Part shown: positions 11,098-22,700 of the stretch, one piece after another
How the letters are laid out: each line of letters starts with the position of its first letter
Position numbering within the stretch: position 1 is the stretch's first letter
Source: Macrostomum lignano
Taxonomy: Eukaryota
DNA length: 56,971 nucleotides
Reading direction: 5' to 3'
Assembly: GCA_002269645.1 (NCBI GenBank)
Contig: NIVC01000549.1
Coordinates: forward strand, 1-56,971
Notes under the pieces: model-generated
The model's input: the letters and a program-made list of their open reading frames with translations, nothing else
Told to the model about the DNA's origin: nothing
The model's database searches: none
Made by a program: the position numbers and the translations under genes

Positions 11098-14000
11098 TAT
11101 GTTTGGCCTGTGAAAATTTTATTTTGTAAGAATTGCTTAATTATTTTCATTCACATAGGTAAAAATATTGAACAAGGTTTAGTTAAATTAAAATTCTATA
11201 AAACTCTAAAAAATATTAACATCTTAGTTTCTTGATAATATTTCACATTAAATTAATTAAATGAAATAAACTACCAAAGACAATATATCAACTCTATAAA
11301 ATTATTTACTTTAAATTATTTTCTATAACCAAAACAGCCTATTATGAAATGTATAAATATTTATTAATCATTTAAAAGATTTTAATTGTTAACTTTAATA
11401 TAAAATAAAAATAAGGCTATTAAATTCAGAGTTATTAAATTTTGAATTATGGAATTGAATTTGAATTTTGAGTTATGGTATAAAATTAAATAATATAGTA
11501 TATATAATTCATATTATAATGAATTATGTTAAATAATTTGAATAAAGCTAAAATTTTTACTTCAGGCCTATTTATCAATTAAATTTAGGCCTATACAAAT
11601 TATATACTAATATAGAAAAAACTGATCAAAAAGTAAGCATTGTTAGATTATAATAATAAAGATAGTATCTAGTAGGCTCTCTCCTAAACTGTTGAGCATT
11701 ATACATTTAAAATAGTGAAATATATAATGATTCATAGCCATCATAGGTTGTCTTACTCTTAATTATGATAATTTTATAATTATAAAATTAATAAAAAATA
11801 TTAAACACACAACATTGTAACCATATGTCATATATTGTTTTTTGTTTAGTAATACAGGCTATGGTCTCAAGGTTTTTATGTATTTCCTTATTTAAATAGT
11901 AAAAATGAACCTAGGTCACTGGGTGATGATCAATTAACATTAACAATTATAGAGTTAGGCCTATCTTGCTTATCTTTGACATTATGGCTGAGGTTTTAAA
12001 CGAAATAATTGAAGGGTTAGTGTAGGATAAATAAACAATAGACAATAAGTAAAATTTTTATATATCTAACAGTTTAAACACACCAGTATTAACAATTAAG
12101 CGAAAGCAGGTCAAAGCAAATGGACTCACCTATTATATCACAGTTTTAAGAGAGTAACTTAAATGAATCGCAAATTGCATAGACTTTTTGGGACAAAACT
12201 GAATTAAGCACTTATTTTGACCATATACGCTGGAAATATGAACAATATGAATAGGTTTACAATCACACTTCTAAGCACAAATTTAGGAGGTTGTAGAGTA
12301 AATTGAATCTGGTTTTGCGCCTTCAAAATGGAGCGAAAATATATTTGTTAAAAATTTGTAAAGAGTTCAGTAAATGTAAGTTAAAACAAAACCTTTATTA
12401 CTAGATTTTATTAAAATGCATAAAGTAGACAATCGTTAAAATAAAATTTTACTTATAAATATTTTTACAAAAGAACACAATTTTTTCTCTGCATAAACAA
12501 ACGCTGTTTGAGCCCTAACTAAACTTAACGAGTTTTAAAAGATTAATGTCCGCAATTTTTTGTACACTCATGAAACTTTAAGCTTGTAAAATTCGTCAGA
12601 TATCATAGAATTTATTTTGTCTTGATTATCTATTGGTACGAATTCGTCTTCATTATCTATTGGTATAAATACAGATTGTTTTAAGTAAATACGGACACCA
12701 TTCCGTTAATAAGTGCTAATCCATTAATAAGCATTAATAAGAATTTATTAAATATTCAATGTAAGATTTTTGCACTAACTCTCACTGATTAACAAATTTG
12801 CATAAATAATGACAAATTATAGGTAACTAACATTAATGACAAGCCAATGAGACCAAAAATGCAAAAAAGAACATAATATACCATAACTTATAGATAGTAA
12901 TTAATTGGCATGTCACTTTAATTGTCATGTCATATAATTATAAAGTAGGGCCTATGATGAGAAGTTACAATATTACATTACATTACAAATGTATTCTATT
13001 TACCTAAACCTAAGTGCCTAATTAAACTTTGTTAATGATAATTGATAATGATCATGCAAATGTAACAACTTCTTACTTATAAAACTTTATTTACTTAAAA
13101 TTAAGAACTATATTGGTTGCATATAAGCAGCACTTTTAGTTTTTTTTATTTATTTTCCAATATTTTTTGCCTTGTGGCCACATTGGTCTGGCCACCTTGT
13201 TCCATCACCATTCTAAGTCCCACAACTTGATATATAGCTTTTCATAACAAACAAAATGACTCCACAAATATTAGCAAATATAGAAGTGACAAATAAAATG
13301 TAGCAGATTAAATCACTTTCAACCCAAATGGCAATGTCTTAGTTTCCTGCATTAAATTATTTTGACCTGATTTTCATTATTTTCAGTTTAAATCATGGCT
13401 GGATAACCTCAAGCACTTGTAAATATCCTACCTCCTACCAATTTGTGGCCATTGGCCGACTTCTATGACCTTGAGATCAGTCATTGAGAATACCATTGAA
13501 GGCACCTGGGCTCACAGGAAGGCAAATTTTTGTAGTCAACTTGGCACCAGTGATGATCTTTTTGACTCCTAGCTTAGCAAATTTCTCTAGTGCCAACTCT
13601 ACCCAAAAAGAGCTTCAGCAGCTTTCTGTACTGGCTAATACATTACTACGCTATGTAATACTCTTTTAAGACCAAAGACTCATTTTAAATCTTGAATAAA
13701 CTTGCTTTTGTTTGTTTGTTTCAAATTTTGGGTCAAAATAATTTAATGCAAGAAACTAGGACATTGCCAATGCCACCCAAATATATATTGGGTGGAAGCT
13801 AATATTTTTAGCCTAATATATATTTTAGTAATTATATATAATACAATAAAGTTTTATGTCTTAAACAAAGTCATTTCTCATTTTGTTTTTAAATTATTTA
13901 ATACAATTTGTTGCTTTATATAGAATATTCTATTTATTATATTTTTTATTAGGCCTTATATCAATAAGTTATGTCTGTGGTAACTACATGGCCATTATAT

Positions 14001-15029
14001 ACAATAATAGAAGCTATATCCATTATCCTCTTCCAATAGGCTAGGCTAACAAAAATATAATTATTGGACCCTGCTAGCAAATTCATTATCTTATTCATAT
14101 CTATCAGGTTAAGCAACACTCTTTCTTGAAAAAAAGTTTTTAATAATTACTTTTATGCCACTAGATGAAGTCACGAGATGATTTTATAGGTTTTCAGATA
14201 AAAAAATATTTGATAAGTTTTCTAAAGAATTTCTAAAGAATTTCATTATTTTTGTTTTTTTTTTTTCTGCTTTGTATTTAGAGCTTGCATTATTAAGACT
14301 AAACTAGTAAGGTCCAACCAAGCTTGGATTTTGGATAATTTTTAAGTCAACAGCATTTAGGGATTCCTTGTAATCATTAATACAACAAATTAAAGAAAGA
14401 ATTTTCTATAGTTCTTGACTCAGTTTGATGTTTATAAACTTTCAAAACTCTAAAGGTTAGTAAGAAAACTATTATCTAATCAGTAATGGTTGCACTTTTA
14501 TAAATTTTAAGAAATATGTTCTTTAAAGTACATAGATTATTTACTGTCTCTAAACTTATCAAAGACTAGCTTAACTCCAAATGCAAAAGCACCAATTAAG
14601 TTTAGTCAACAATATCTCAAATTATACATGCATATACATTTTGGCTGGTGGGTGAGGGGCCCAGCCAACCTAAGTTGCAAAATTGCCTATCCAAATATAT
14701 GGACATAGTAATAAATCAATGATGAGGTATTTAGCCTTATAATATAGTTATATTAACTCCTATCATTCACCCAAAATTGCACTAATACATTAAAGGGCCT
14801 GTTAACTTAAGCTTATAAAGTGGAGCCTAATTAAATTATATATAAGCCATAAACAAACAATATGTCATTCTGCTCACAATCACACTAGAGAGCTGCTGGG
14901 TTTGGCAAGCAAGTGAAGAATTAGGGACTTTATGAGCTTAGCTCGTAAGTTGACAAAATAGTCCTCAAATTATTGCCTTGCTTTTTCTCCCAAGTTCAAT
15001 TTTTGTTGCTTTTTTTGCCAAACCCTGCT

Positions 15030-15578
15030 TCCTGGTATCATTGTGTGCAGAATGATGTATCATTAGTATACAATTCCTGGTATCATTGTGGGCAGAATGA
15101 TGTATCATTAGTGTACATATTCCTGGTATCATTGTGGGCAGAATGATGTATCATTAGTGTACATATTCCTGGTATCATTGTGGGCAGAATGATGTATCAT
15201 TAGTGTACATATTCCTGGTATCATTGTGGGCAGAATGATGTATCATTAGTTTACATATTCCTGGTATCATTGTGGGCAGAATGATGTATCATTAGTTTAC
15301 ATATTCCTGGTATCATTGTGGGCAGAATGATGTATCATTAGTGTACATATTCCTGGTATCATTGTGGGCAGAATGATGTATCATTAGTTTACATATTCCT
15401 GGTATCATTGTGGGCAGAATGATGTATCATTAGTTTACATATTCCTGGTATCATTGTGGGCAGAATGATGTATCATTAGTGTACATATTCCTGGTATCAT
15501 TGTGGGCAGAATGATGTATCATTAGTGTACATATTCCTGGTATCATTGTGGACAGAATGATGGATCATTTGTGTACAT
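15030..15578. repeat. 46-bp intergenic minisatellite ATTCCTGGTATCATTGTGGGCAGAATGATGTATCATTAGTGTACAT, about 12 copies
   Basis: Near-identical units 46 bp apart (15121, 15167 ...) with no unique spacers. Confidence 0.97.
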
Positions 15579-16021
15579 AGGTTACTCAGGCTCCACTTTA
15601 TGAGGTTAAGTTGACAGGCCCTTCTGCTTAGGTTTATTTCATAGGTAAGTTGCATGTTTGGTCAAAAAGTAAGTCACACCGACTTACTTTTTAAATCAGA
15701 GGGGTTGCGCATGTACCTGTATGTCCCTCGAATCATACTAGATTAATCATGCATACAGTGCAGGAGTAGTCAGCTTACTCTATATGCCAATTTTGAACTA
15801 TATGAGTCAGTAGTGCGCAACGCAAATTACTTGAAGCACAATTATCTCATTAGCTGGGCATTGTCTAAAAAAGCATCAGAGTCTAAAAATAGATTTTCCA
15901 CTCTATTTAAACGTTAATAAGCGCCATTTGCAGTTTAGCATCTTTCAGGAACTAAAAGATAAGTTCAATCAACATTTTTTTTAAAATTGCAGTCACTCTT
16001 CTAACCTGTACTATCATCCAC

Positions 16022-17960
16022 ATGCCGCCACCTCCGCCGCCACCGCCGCCTCCACCGCCACCGCCTCCGCCGCCGCCTCCGCCAGCACCCTCGGCTCCGA
16101 AGGCACCAAGCGGCGGAGCTCCAAAGCCTCCCGGCGGTGGGAACGATAGAAATGCCCTGCTGGGCGCCATTCAGAAAGGTACACGGCTAAAGAAAGTGCC
16201 TGAAAGCGAGAAAAATGATCGCAGCACTGCACTAGTTGGATCGGACAAGCCAAGTGAGTCTATGGACTTGTGCTCATTTATTTATTTCTGCTGTTTTCAG
16301 TGAGCTGCTGCACTGCTCCACCTGATACCTCAGTGAGCTTATGGCTTCACAAATATTATAGTTCACCTTTCCAGATCCTCAGTTGCTGGGCCAGCCTCCC
16401 AGATCCTCAGTTGCTGGGCCAGCCTCCCAGATCCTCAGTTGCTGGGCCAGCCTCCCAGATCCTCAGTTGCTGGGCCAGCCTCCCAGATCCTCAGTTGCTG
16501 GGCCAGCCTCCCAGATCCTCAGTTGCTGGGCCAGCCTCCCAGATGCTCAGTTGCTGGGCCAGCCTCCCAGATGCTCAGTTGCTGGGCCAGCCTCCCAGAT
16601 GCTCAGTTGCTGGGCCAGCCTCCCAGATGCTCAGTTGCTGGGCCAGCCTCCCAGATCCTCAGTTGCTGGGCCGGCCTCCCAGAGTGTCAGTTGCTGGGCC
16701 AGCCTCACAGATCCTCAGTTGCTGGGCCAGCCTCCCAGAAACTCAGCAACTGGGTGTCACCCTCCCAGGTTTTCGTTGGCTGCTTCTGGCTCTTATATTT
16801 TGATTGAAATGAACGGTTTTGCTTATAGGCACTGTCAAAATATCCACCATTGCCCAGGCAACGGCCCGTCGTCGGCCAGACCGTCTCCAGCAGCTGGCGG
16901 GGGAGGCGGAGGCGATGACACCTCGTCGGGACCGAGGCCCGCAGCTCCGTTTTCAATGGGCGGCGGCGGCGGCTCTCTGCAAGACGAGCTGGCAGCTCGC
17001 ATCGCCCGTCGCCAGAATAAAGCTGGCGGAGGCGGAGGGGGCCCAGGTGGCGGCGGAGGCGGAGCTCAGAAAGCCTCTCGGCCCGGTCCAAAGCCGTTCA
17101 TCCCCGCCGCTGCTGCCACCTCGGGTGCTCCGCCTCCGCCCGCGGCTAATCTGAAGCCGACGGCTTCGAATGCCCCACCAGCTGCAGCAACAACGCCTCC
17201 GCCGCCTCCATCTCCGGGTTTGAAGCCTGCAGTGCCAGCCGCATCTGGGCCGCCTCCGCCGCCTCCATCTGCGGGTTTGAAGCCTGCAGTGCCAGCCGCA
17301 TCTGGGCCGCCTCCGCCGCCTCCATCTGCGGGTTTGAAGCCCGCAGTGCCAGCCGCATCTGGGCCGCCTCCGCCGCCTCCATCTGCGGGTTTGAAGCCCG
17401 CAGTGCCAGCCGCATCTGGGCCGCCTCCGCCGCCTCCATCTCCGGGTTTGAAGCCTGCAGTGCCAGCCGCATCTGGGCCGCCACCGCCACCGCCGTCGCA
17501 GAGCCAGAAGCCAGTTTCGCCAACGACGCCAGCTGTACAGCAGCAGAAGCCGCCGCCTCCGCCTCCCGTACCGCCAGTTGGAAAGGCGCCCTCGCCAGAA
17601 GCGGCTATTAACAAAGCAATGCCCGGTTTAAAAGCAGCCGGGATTCCTAGTTTGCCTCCGCAGTCACAGCAGCAGCGGCCGCCGCCAGTGCCGCAGCACC
17701 CTAGGCCGGCTCCAACGCCTTCAACGGGCCCTTCAAAAGGTGTTGCTAGTCGACCGCCTCCGCCGCCGCCGCCGCCTCGCGCTCCTCCGTCAGTGCCGCC
17801 GCCAGGTCCGCCTCAACAGCAGCAGGCGCAGCGTCAGCAGTTTCAACAGCAGCAGCCACGCCAGTCACGCGGCTTTGCTGATAGATTCACTTTTAAGCCA
17901 ACGACGTCATTTCCGCGAGTTCAACCATTCACTAACGCTTTTAATAAATCGAAAGGTTAA
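16022..17960 (+). CDS. WIPF: WASP-interacting protein (WIP/verprolin family). Exons 16022-16253 and 16858-17960
   Basis: N-terminal polyproline, then the WH2 motif RNALLGAIQKGTRLKKV..EKNDRS, a proline-rich body, and a C-terminal WASP-binding-like DRFTFKPTTSFPRVQPF. Donor A|GTGAGT at 16254 and a phase-matched acceptor CCCAG| at 16857. Confidence 0.88.
16372..16750 (+). repeat. 28-bp minisatellite AGTTGCTGGGCCAGCCTCCCAGATCCTC, about 13 copies, in the WIP intron (family A, locus 1)
   Basis: Direct tandem units; the 28-aa periodicity in three frames confirms a 28-bp unit. Confidence 0.97.
17195..17490 (+). repeat. Coding 57-bp tandem repeat (19 aa GPPPPPPSAGLKPAVPAAS, about 5 copies) in WIP exon 2
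   Basis: TGAAGCC(T/C)GC recurs at 17221, 17278 and onward, in frame. Confidence 0.95.
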
Positions 17961-19706
17961 TAATGTAAAATTCATTTATTCATTCAACATTAGTTCGGTT
18001 TATTATATTGCAACGATTTTCTTGTTAAGAACCGTTTAAGATAACAGAGCTATTTTGCTAGCAAACCCTTTATTTGTCTCTGTTATATAAGAGTTAACCT
18101 GTCGATTTCATTCACTTTGTCTTGACCCGCCACCGTTTCACCTAATGCCTGCAGTACAATTTAAACATCCAAGATGAAATGAAATGTGTTGCAGTTTTAA
18201 ACCGCATATTATTAACTGTCTAAGACTAATCTTGCTGGCGATAAACTTGCACCAGACCCCCCCCCAAGTTCATTCTTTAATTGCCGCTCAAAACTGCCCC
18301 TTAATGTGTTCGCTCATCCGCCGCATTCCACAGCCCCAAAGTTTCTCGCCCCCCGCGTCGACTTCTACCCTCTCCGCGCGGACAGTAGCTAATGTACATT
18401 CCTGTTTTCTTATCTTTTCAATGTACATTCGTTTTTTCTTTTCTTATCCTTGGGCTGGCCACCCCCCCCCCGAGGGGGCGCGCAGATTGCAGACTGCCAT
18501 CAGGCAATAAAGAATCAACCTAGCTTATTTACGTGCTGCTGTGTCGTGCCTTATGCAAGAAGTTCAAAAAAATTCTGCGCAAGGCGAATTCACCCCACCA
18601 TTTATATTGGTCTATTTGTCAGTTTTAGATTAATTATAAAACATTCAACTGTGGTTTTTTTATCTACTAATAGTAGAACAGTGTAAAATATACATCATTT
18701 TAAAATGTCTGTTTTTATCTAATGTCTTAAAAATAGCGACAGAACACTTATACTACTGTATCTCCGTATTTATTTAAGTCTTGACTTTTTTCTTTGTATC
18801 TTCGATGGTGCTATGAAGGATGCAGTCCCACATTGTTCTGACAAGTTTCTTAAATCCAGACTTTGGTATCGGTACTTCGTACTACTACCTACCCAACTGT
18901 AACATTTTTATCATCGAATTTTGTCTCCATGCCCACTATTCTTTTTTCGCAACTATTTCGGAACATTTCTGTTTTGCTTTCCATTAAAATTTTATGAATA
19001 GTATGAAGGGAAGTAAGATATAAAAGTGTCAATTTTATTCAAGGAATTCAATTGTGCGTATGCAACTTTGGCAGATGTGTTCCATTTTGATTCCTATCAA
19101 TTATTTTTTTCTGTTTTGTACTTGGTCTTTTGTTACCAACTGACTCTCTTGTGTCTCACCGTTTTTTTTTTAATTAATTAGGCCGTGATTTTTGTACTAG
19201 TAGCGAATTTTACAATATATCAATGGTTTTATGTATTGACTATGCGGTCGCTTCAAACACATGGATGCTTCCAATTTTCATGGTTAAATTTTGATTCATT
19301 GCTTTATCAATTTCAATCGGTTGTGCGCCTTATTATGTTAATTTGAATTTGTTACACCCAGTTGGCGGCATAGAGAATGCCGAAAATATTATTATTTTGA
19401 TATTTATGCATAGAAATTAAACATTATCAGCTAAGGAACAGCATCGACCATGTATTGCGGAGTGATAGATGAATTTTATTCAGTTCGTATACAATGCTTG
19501 TTTTCTTTTCTTCTTTATTTTCCTAGTATTCAACAAAAGTTTTTTTAATTAGTTTTCTTACTACTATCAGCGACTCAGAGCGTTTTACTATATTTTTTAT
19601 ATATCGTTTAAAATATTCCCGCTTATTTATCTTCATGATGCTCCCTCCAATTAGACTGGTACAGTTTCACTAAAACTGTTGCGCCCACTTTTCCGTTTAC
19701 TAATAA

Positions 19707-22700
19707 ATGGAAGAACCTCTAACGCCACCGGCAAGCAGTTTTGCGGCATTGCGCAGCGAAAATGACGACCTTCGCGATCAGCTAGCAAAATTGCGCGCCG
19801 ACAAAGAGTTTGTCTGGTCTTTGTGGAAGAAGTTGCAAGCTACGACGCCCGATGTTGGTCAAGCTGTTAGTCTGGTTGCTCAAAGGTGAGTCGCATGGTT
19901 AATTTGACGCGACCTGCACCGTGTGTTTATATTTTACTCTTCGTCAATCAAATAAACTTGCTTTCTTAATTTCAGAGAGCGAGAACGGGCAGAAGCAAAA
20001 GATCAAAAGGTGTTGCAAATTTTGCAAGCAAAAGACGCTCGATTAGCTGAATTGGAGTCGCAAAATGCTCGACTGTCTTCGGAAATGTCCGGACTAATGA
20101 AACAGTAAGTCTTTGTATGGTAGATAATCCGGTATGTATCGAAAGTAACATGAGTTACTGTATATTGACACAGAAGGTTAGTTTGTTTATTCAAAGAGCT
20201 ATGTCTTGGTGCCTTGGTGTCTTCATGTCTTGGTGCCGGCAGTGTCTTCATGTCTTGGTGCCTTGGTGTCTTCATGTCTTGGTGCCTTGGTGTCTTCATG
20301 TCTTGGTGCCTTGGTGTCTTCATGTCTTGGCGCCGGCAGTGTCTTCATGTCTTGGCGTCGGCAGTGTCTTTATGTCTTGGTGCCTTGGTGTCTTCATGTC
20401 TTGGTGCCTTGGTGTCTTCATGTCTTGGTGCCTTGGTGTCTTCATGTCTTGGCGCCGGCAGTGTCTTTATGTCTTGGTGCCTTGGTGTCTTCATGTCTTG
20501 GTGCCTTGGTGTCTTCATGTCTTGGTGCCTTGGTGTCTTCATGTCTTGGTGTTGTAACGTTTGCCCTTTGCTTCGGTCCTATCGATTTGCCTGAAAATGA
20601 ACCTAAAACGTTAGCCTTGACTTGGTAGGGTTGCTGCCACCTTGGTGTGCGGACTCGACGCGTCGGCAGAGTTGTCTATCCGTCACCTGAAATAAAATTA
20701 ACGAAGTCACTCGGAGCAAAGGCCAAATCTGAAAATGTCTCGATAGTCGATCGTCTTAGTTGAATGCTGCTCGGACCTGAAAACCTGTAAAACCTGAAAT
20801 GAGAGGGGAGAGCTCGGAGGCAGAGACTTCACGAGTTAGCCACAATGCTCCGCGAGACGACGCAGTCTGGAGAAAAATGGCTCGCAGATGCTTCGTATTT
20901 ATAGCCGAGCGGACCCCCAAAAGTCACGTGAGTTTCATGCGGTGAGCGCGTGAAACTTCCTTATTTGGGCATTGGAATCATGCGAACGCTGCGTGATCCA
21001 TGGCCAACTTCCAAATAAGGCAACCTTGTCACGCAGCAGTGGCGTGACTCAAGGTCAGTGGCCACGCTCAGAGTGCGTGCACAGTCACGTGCTTATTCTG
21101 TGCTAAAAATAGAACATGGGCGGATGAGTCATCCTGTTTACTCCCTCTAGGCAGCCATTATACTCCGCGCAGGTGATGAGTCATTCTGCTACGCCTCCTC
21201 AGCGCGAGTGGGAAGACATTGAGTGTGGCTGCCCGCGCCCGCTCAGGCGATGAGTCATCGGGCAGTAAACACTTAGGCCCAGCACAGGGTAACTCTCTCA
21301 CTAGCTCAGGTGGACTGAGATACTGTGCAGCGGATCACAGCACTCTTAAGGAAAGCTAGTGAATGCTTCTGAATAGCCAGTTAGCAGCCAGTCACTACAG
21401 TGTCTTCATGTCTTGGTGCCTTGGTGTCTTCATGTCTTGGTGCCTTGGTGTCTTCATGTCTTGGTGTCTTCATGTCTTGGTGCCTTGGTGTCTTCATGTC
21501 TTGGTGTCTTGGTGTCTTCATGTCTTGGTGTCTTCATGTCTTGGTGCCTTGGTGTCTTCATGTCTTGGTGTCTTCATGTCTTGGTGCCTTGGTTTCTTCA
21601 TGTCTTGGTGCCGTAGCGTCTTCTTGCGCTTTAATCTAAATTATTAATTTGGCTACGCTGTGGATTCGAACCAAGGACGCAGATTTGGAGCGAGAGTTTA
21701 CTCTGCAAGCAATCCTCATACGTAAAAGAGACGTATAAAAGAGATAAATTTAGTTTGGTAAAAACTCTATGTAATAAATTTGTTATTGTCTCCCAACGCA
21801 GAAAATCGGATTTGTTAGAAAGAGTCGAACGACTTGACGCCGAAATTGTCGGCTTGCACGATAAAAATCGCCACCTTAACGGACAGGTGAGTTAATTGGT
21901 GATTCGATTCGCTTGAATCCTTTATGACCTATGTATCAATGCAGTTACAGATTTAACAATCTGTATGATTATGACCAGTATTGCCAATCTGTATGACCAG
22001 TATTGCCAATCTGTATGACCAGTATTACTAATCTGTATGACCAGTATTACTAATCTGTATGACCAGTATTACCAATCTGTATGACCAGCATTACCAATCA
22101 ATATGACCAGTATCACCAATCAATATGACCAGTATTGCCAATCTGTATGACCAGTATTGCCAATCTGTATGACCAGTATTGCCAATCAATATGACCAGTA
22201 TTGCCAATCTGTATGACCAGTATTGCCAATCTGTATGACCAGTATTGCCAATCTGTATGACTAGTATTGCCAATCAATATGACCAGTATTGCCAATCAAT
22301 ATGACCAGTATTGCCAATCTGTATGACCAGTATTGCCAATCTGTATGACTAGTATTGCCAATCTGTATGACCAGTATTGCCAATCTGTATGACCAGTATT
22401 ACTAATCTGTATGATCAGTATCACCAATCAATATGACCAGTATTGTCAATCTGTATGACCAGTATTACTAATCTGTATGACTTGTATTGCCAATCTGTAT
22501 GACCAGTATTACCAATCTGTATGACCAGTATTGCCAATCTGTATGACCAGTATTGCCAATCTGTATGACCAGTATTGCCAATCTGTATGACCAGTATTGC
22601 CAATCTGTATGACCAGTATTGCCAATCTGTATGACCAGTATTGCCAATCTGTATGACCAGTATTGCCAATCTGTATGACCAGTATTGCCAATCTGTATGA

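Noticed and set aside
11200-15000. Hidden genes in the AT-rich spacer (e.g. ORF 13484-13669) and short AT-rich ORFs at 3774-4235, 18184-18686 and 31937-32240
   Set aside because: Short, AT-rich, unlike the GC-rich exons here, and with no recognisable motifs.
15030-15578. CRISPR-like look of palindromic direct repeats (also the 28-33-bp arrays)
   Set aside because: Units are contiguous with no unique spacers, there are no cas genes, and the context is eukaryotic.
16829-16830. Alternative WIP acceptor TTTTGCTTATAG
   Set aside because: It has a good pyrimidine tract but the wrong phase for the exon 1 donor; the acceptor at 16857 preserves the frame.
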